From NCBI RefSeq assembly GCF_009914755.1, contig NC_060929.1: a stretch of DNA of 64,000 nt, one strand, 5' to 3'. Under the pieces are notes generated by a model. It worked only from the letters and a program-made list of their open reading frames with translations, was not told the DNA's origin and made no database searches. This DNA comes from the human T2T-CHM13v2.0 reference genome, Homo sapiens. Positions 54,368 through 64,000 of the stretch are shown one piece after another (the stretch's first letter is position 1; each line of letters begins with the position of its first letter). Both the position numbers and the translations under genes were made by a program.

Positions 54368-55162
54368 GATTCTTCAAAATATTACAAATAGAGCTACCAA
54401 ATGACCCAGCAATCCCACTTCTGGGTATATATCCAAAGAATCGAAATCAGGATCTTAAGGAGTTATCTGTACTCTCATGTTCATTGCAGCATTATTCACA
54501 ATAGCCAAGATATGAAAACAACTTACGTGTCTATTAACAGATAAATGGATTAAGAAAATGTGGCATATCCATTCAATGGAATATTATTAAGCCCTAAAGG
54601 AGAATAAAATCCTGCTATGTGTGATAACATGGATGAAACTGAAGGACATTTTTGTAAGTGAAATAATCCATTTAGAGAAGGACAAATACTGCATAAGTCT
54701 ACTTATAAGAAGTATGTATATAACAGTCAAACTCACAGAAGTAGAGAATATAATAGTGGTTGACAGCAGACTGGGGAGGTGGGAAATGGGGAATTGTTCA
54801 AAAGGTATAAAGTTTTAGTTACACAATATGAGTAAGTTCTAGAGATCTGCTGTACAGCATAGTGGTTATTGTTAATAATGCGATATTGTACACTTAAACC
54901 AGGCACATCTCATATTAAGCATTCTTACAAAAAAACTCCCAAAACCAACACCAAAACCCAAACAAAACCAAAACCAAAACTGGAACCAAAAACAAAAACA
55001 AAGTACCCAAGGAAACTTTGTGAGGTGTTGGATATCGTCTATTCCTTTGATTGTGAAGATGTTATCATAACTGTTGGCCTATGTCCAAACTCATCAAATT
55101 GTACATTAGATATGTGCAGCTATTTGTATACAAATTACCTTTTAATAAAGCTGCTTAAAAAA
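54368..55162 (+). mobile_element. L1MB1/2-like 3' fragment
   Basis: GACCCAGCAATCCCACTTCTGGGTATATATCCAAA and 3' UTR GTCCAAACTCATCAAATTGTACATTA...AATAAAGCTG. Confidence 0.8.
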
Positions 55163-55173
55163 TAGGTTTATTG

Positions 55174-55504
<331 letters not shown>

Positions 55505-55700
55505 TTATTAGGAAAAGTTAGTGGATTGAGATGTAACACCAATTGTCAAATTGTAGTTGATTTGAAACTATAGGTTGATCAAAGATAGAAGAGTTTGGTA
55601 AAAATCAACAAAAACATTTTTTTTTTTAGAGAATTAGTTGGCTATATGGGACTTACAATAAAGAGTACTGTATATTTCATTAATATTTGTAAATAAGGGG

Positions 55701-56090
55701 CTATCAATCTGCTGTCGCACTGGTATAAAGAAATACCTGAGACCGGGTAATTATAAAGAAAAGAGGTTTAATTGGCTCATGGATCTGCCACCAACAGGAA
55801 GCATGGCTGAGGAAGCCTCAGGAAACTTTCAATCATGGCAGAAGGCAAACGGAAAGCAGGTACTTTTTACATGACTGGAGATGAAGGAAGAGAGAATCAG
55901 GGGAGGTGCCACACTTTTAAACAACCAGATCTTGTGGGAACTCTATCACAAGTCAGCATGAAGGGGATGGTGCTAAACCATTAGAAACCACCTCCATGAT
56001 CCAATCACCGCCCACCAGGCCCCACCTCCAACACTGGGGATTACAATTCTACACGAGATCTGGGCATGGACACAGATCCAAACCGTATCA
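55701..56090 (-). mobile_element. MSTA-like MaLR solo LTR
   Basis: TATAAAGAAATACCTGAGACCGGGTAA...GGGGATGGTGCTAAACCATTAGAAACC...CACAGATCCAAACCGTATCA. Confidence 0.85.
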
Positions 56091-56555
56091 ATGAGCTACA
56101 CATCATTCATGTCAGTAAAATTTACAATAAGGTTACATTTATATGTTTTTATATATTACGTCAATATATACATTTATATTGTGTGTACGCACATTTTCCT
56201 CCCTGAAGACTCAGTCATTAAACGTTTACCAGCAAACTGCTGCACTCATCTCTCACTACAGCCAGGTGTAACTCCCAGCACTATTCTGAATGTTCTCTTA
56301 CATCTCTCTCACCTCCTTGCCGTTTCTTCTCCCTCCTCTCCTTTTCCCGCCCAACCTTTGCTTGCACACATCTTATTTCTTACAAACTCACCTCAGCTGT
56401 CATGTTCTTCAGGAATTGTTTCCTGGTCGTTTTCACCCTTAGCTTCCCAGAATGAGTTAGGTGTCCTTCCTATATGCCCCCACAGATGCCTTGGGGGCTA
56501 ACTGCTATTCTGGTTTTCAGGTTTAGTATTGACTCGCTTTTTGTTACGGTTTTAT

Positions 56556-56818
56556 TGTTGGCCCTCTATATCTGTAGGTCCTGCATCTACAAATTCAACC
56601 AACTCTAGATAAAAAATATACATTTTTTAAATAATAAAAAGTAACAATGAAAGAATAAAAATATAACAATTATTTACATGGCATTTGCCTTGTATTTGAA
56701 GCATTATAAATAATGTAGAGATAATTTATAGAGGAACTTCAGTATCTGTGCATTTGGGTATGGGGGGGGTGGGCAGTGTCCCGGAACCAATACCTTGGGG
56801 ATACTGAGGAATGGCTGT
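56556..56818. mobile_element. MER2 (TcMar-Tigger) element with an internal deletion
   Basis: Termini GTTGGCCCTCTATATCTGTAGG and GGATACTGAGGAATGGCTG(TA). Internal ATTCAACCAAC and GGAACCAAT. Confidence 0.75.
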
Positions 56819-56834
56819 AATACATTTAAATATA

Positions 56835-57120
56835 TATTTAAAAAAGAATGCTTTGAAATTTATGTAAACTATAAGATATTTATGTATTCTTCTAAATCTT
56901 GCTTTCTACTCAACATTTTGTGTCTGAGATTCATCCATATTGAGACCTATAGCTACAGCACATTTATTTTCACTTCAGACTGGCATATCATTGTATGATA
57001 TACCACAATTCATCCATTCTCTGCCTACAGACACTTAAGGATGTTCCCATAAGTTTGTCACTATTGAAAGCATTTAACTATTAGAAGCATGAACATTATG
57101 ACGTGTATTTCCTAGTTGTC
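56835..57120 (-). mobile_element. Old L1ME-class fragment (left flank of the young L1)
   Basis: TTTCTACTCAACATTTTGTGTCTGAGATTCATCCATATTG...ATACCACAATTCATCCATTCT. Confidence 0.7.
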
Positions 57121-57122
57121 TT

Positions 57123-57157
<35 letters not shown>

Positions 57158-57166
57158 TTATTATTA
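57121..57166. repeat. (TTTA)n/(TTA)n microsatellite derived from the L1 poly(A) tail
   Basis: About 9 TTTA units followed by TTA units, directly abutting the L1 3' end. Confidence 0.9.
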
Positions 57167-57367
57167 TACTTTAAGTTTTAGGGTACATGTGCACAATGTG
57201 CAGGTTAGTAACATATGTATACATGTGCCATGCTGGTGTGCTGCACCCATTAACTCCTCATTTAGCATTAGGTATATCTCCTAATGCTATCCCTCCCCCC
57301 TCCCCATACCCCACAACAGTCCCCAGAGTGTGATGTTCCCCTTCCTGTGTCCATGTGTCCTCATTGT

Positions 57368-61170
<3,803 letters not shown>

Positions 61171-61233
61171 TATGATGTTAGCTGGTTATTTTGCTCATTA
61201 GTTGATGCAGTTTCTTCCTAGCCTTGGTGGTCT

Positions 61234-62250
61234 TTACAATTTGGCATGATTTTGCTGTGGCTGGTACCGGTTGTTCCTTTCCATGTTTAGCGCTTCCTTC
61301 AGGAGCTCTTTTAGGGCAGGCCTGGTGGTGAGACAATCTCTCAGCATTTGCTTGTCTGTAAAGTATTTTATTTCTCCTTCACTTATGAAGCTTAGTTTGG
61401 CTGGATATGAAATTCTGGTTTGAAAATTCTTTTCTTTAAGAATGTTGAATATTGGCCCCCACTCTCTTCTGGCTTGTAGGGTTTCTGTCGAGAGATCCGC
61501 TGTTAGTCTGATGGGCTTCCCTTTGTGGGTAACCCGACCTTTCTCTCTGGCTGCCCTCAACATTTTTTCCTTCATTTCAACTTTGGTGAATCTGACAATT
61601 ATGTGTCTTGGAGTTGCTTTTCTCGAGGAGTATCTTTGTGGTGTTCTCTGTATTTCCTGAATCTGAATGCTGACCTGCCTTGCTAGATTGGAGAAGTTCT
61701 CCTGGATAATATCCTGCAGAGTGTTTTCCAACTTGATTCCATTCTCCCCGTCACTTTCAGGTACACCAATCAGACGTAGATTTGGTCTTTTCACATAGTC
61801 CCATATTTCTTGGAGGCTTTGTTCATTTCTTTTTATTCTTTTTTCTCTAAACGTCTCTTCTCACTTCATTTCATTCATTTCATCTTCCATCACTGATACC
61901 CTTTCTTCCAGTTGATAGCATCAGCTACTGAGGCTTCTGCATTCATCACATAGCTCTCATGCCTTGGTTTTCAGCTCCATCAGGTCCTTTAAGGACTTCT
62001 CTGCATTCGTTATTCTAGTTATCCATTCATCTAATTTTTTTTCAAAGCTTTTAACTTCTTTGCCATTGGTTCAAATTTCCTCCTGTAGCTCGGAGTAGTT
62101 TGATCTTCTGAAGCCTTCTTCTCTCAACTCGTCAAAGTCATTCTCCATCCAGCTTTGTTCCATTGCTGGTGAGAAACTGCATTCCTTTGGAGGAGGAGAG
62201 GCGCTCTGATTTTTAGAGTTACCAGTTTTTCTGCTCTGTTTTTTTCCCAT
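61234..62250 (-). pseudogene. ORF1: LINE-1 ORF1p, canonical 1017-nt span with premature stops
   Basis: ATG at 62250 is in frame with the stop at 61234 (...HAKL*). In-frame TGA at codons 60 (62071-62073), 110 (61921-61923) and 130 (61861-61863). Confidence 0.93.
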
Positions 62251-63281
62251 CTTTGTGGTTTTATCTACCTTTGGTCTTTGATGATGGTGACGTACAGATT
62301 GGTTTTTGGTGTGGATGTCCTTTCTGTTCGTTAGTTTTCCTTCTAACAGACAGGACTTTCAGCTGCAGGTTTGTTGGAGTTTGCTAGAGGTCCACTCCAG
62401 ATGCTGTTTGCCTGGGTATCAGCAGTGGTGGCTGCAGAACAGCAGATATTGGTGAACTGCAGATGCTGCTGTCTGATCATTCTTCTGGAAGTTTTGTCTC
62501 AGAGGAGTACCCAGCTGTGTGAGGTGTCAGTCTGCCCCTACTGGGGGGTGCCTCCCTGTTAGGCTACTTGGGAATCAGGGATCCACTTGAGGCAGTCTGC
62601 CCGTTCTCAGATCTCAAGCTGCGTGCTGGGAGAACCACTACTCTCTTCAAAGCTGTTAGAGAGGCACATTTAAGTCTGCAGAGGTTACTGCTGTGTTTTT
62701 GTTTGTCTGTGCCCTGCCCCCAGAGGTGGAACCTACAGAGGCAGGCCGGTCTCCTTGAGCTGTGGTGGGGTCCACCCAGTTCGAGCTTCCCGGCTGCTTT
62801 GTTTACCTAATCAAACAACTAACTTGGCAATGGCAGGTGCCCCTCCCCCAGCCTCGCTGCTGCCTTGCAGTTTGATCTCAGACTGCTGTGCTGGCAATGA
62901 GCGAGACTCTGTGGGTGTAGGACCCTCCAAGCCATGTGCAGGATATAATCTCCTGGTGTGCCATTTTTTAAGGCTGTTGGAAAAGTGCCGTATTAGGGTC
63001 GGAGTGACCCGATTTTCTAGGTGCTATCTGTCACTGCTTTCTTTGACTAGTAAAGGGAATTCCCTGACCCCTTGCACTTCCCGAGTGAGGCGATGCATGG
63101 CCCTGCTTCAGCTCGTGCACGGTGCACTGCACCCACTGTCCTGCACCTACTGTCTGTCACTCCCTAGTTAGATGAACTCGGTACCTTAGTTGGAAATGCA
63201 GAAATCACCCATCTTCTGCGCCGCTCATGCTGGGAGCTGTAGACTGGAGCTGTTCCTATTTGGCCATCTTGGCTCCTCCCC
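62251..63281 (-). promoter_or_regulatory. L1 5' UTR internal sense promoter and antisense promoter, with an intact YY1 site
   Basis: YY1 motif CAAGATGGCC (GGCCATCTTG at 63262-63271 on the plus strand). Many consensus CpGs have decayed to TpG/CpA. Confidence 0.8.
62830..63171 (+). CDS. ORF0: LINE-1 antisense ORF0 homolog, open for 113 aa (expression unknown)
   Basis: ATG at 62830 in GCAATGG context. MAGAPPPASLLPCSLISDCCAGNERDSVGVGPS...IRVGVTRFSRC matches the primate L1 ORF0 N-terminus. Confidence 0.6.
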   Translation: MAGAPPPASLLPCSLISDCCAGNERDSVGVGPSKPCAGYNLLVCHFLRLLEKCRIRVGVTRFSRCYLSLLSLTSKGNSLTPCTSRVRRCMALLQLVHGALHPLSCTYCLSLPS

Positions 63282-63935
63282 TAAAAGTTTTAAAAAGCTT
63301 TGCTTTTCCCCTTAAAGTCAAATCTAATTTTGGATGACAAATTCTTTCCCCAGTTCCATTGATAATATTGTCTATTCGTTCCACCCTGATTCATCATGCA
63401 TCATGTTTCAATATATGCGTGGATCTACTTCAGGACTCTATTCTGGTGCACTGGTTTTATCTATATCTGTGCTAATACCATGTTATCTTAATCCTAATAA
63501 TTTTTTTGAAAATCATGATATCTAGAAAGGAGAGTTTCCCTGCCTTATTCTTTTTCTGGAGTGTCTCAGTTATTTTGGACCATTTTTTATTCTATGTCCG
63601 TTTAAAATAAACTTGTCAAGTTTAATAAAATACCTGGTTGACAACTGATAGGGCTTGCATTTAATCTTTATCATAATTTTAGGAAAAGTGACATCTTTAC
63701 ATTATTGAATCTTCCTCTACATGGATATAAACCTCCGTTCTCTCCCCACTGCCCCTCCTCTCTGTTTCTTTATCTCTCTCATTTAGGCTTTCACTAATGT
63801 CTTCTAATAAACTTTAATAATTTTCCCCATTAAGAACTTGTAAATTTTGTTGGATTTCCACCAAGAAATATTATATCATTGTGGCTACTATAAGTAATAT
63901 CTTTTTAATTTTATATTTTTAACTATTTGTGTGTG
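63282..63935 (-). mobile_element. Old L1ME-class ORF2 fragment (right flank of the young L1)
   Basis: GGATCTACTTCAGGACTCTATTCTG, GCTAATACCATGTTATCTTAAT and TGACATCTTTACATTATTGAATCTTCCT. Confidence 0.7.
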
Positions 63936-64000
63936 CATGTCAGCATGTGGGTTGTATTAGATCAGATAGTGATAGCTGCTCAAACAAAAAAACACCAAAG

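Overview
This is AT-rich, CpG-depleted primate genomic DNA (hominoid, most likely human-like), either intergenic or deep intronic. Roughly half or more is transposable-element sequence. It holds a full-length but inactivated L1PA3/L1PA4 LINE-1 (57121-63281, minus), a twin-primed 5'-inverted L1PA (14590-16478), a short L1PA 3' fragment, a near full-length old L1MA3-like element (about 5450-11970) and several older L1M fragments. There are also five Alus, THE1D/MST/MLT1/MER67-like LTRs, Tigger3, MER2, MER58A, MER63 and MER5 DNA transposons, and MIR/L2 relics. Every ORF in the track that I can assign to a known protein comes from LINE-1; other ORFs are Alu/LTR read-through or unassigned. I see no host protein-coding gene, structural RNA gene, CpG island or CRISPR array. 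I did not find a convincing previously undescribed biological system. The best leads are modest: young L1 insertions without target-site duplications (one with about 0.6 kb of apparent target loss), an open 113-aa ORF0 in a ZNF93-site-bearing L1, an Alu with a duplicated B-box/DR2 segment, two hairpin-containing micro-rearrangements, and an AP-1-rich non-repetitive block with a candidate non-coding exon. Subfamily names come from my recollection of consensus sequences, not from a RepeatMasker run, and boundaries of old elements are approximate.
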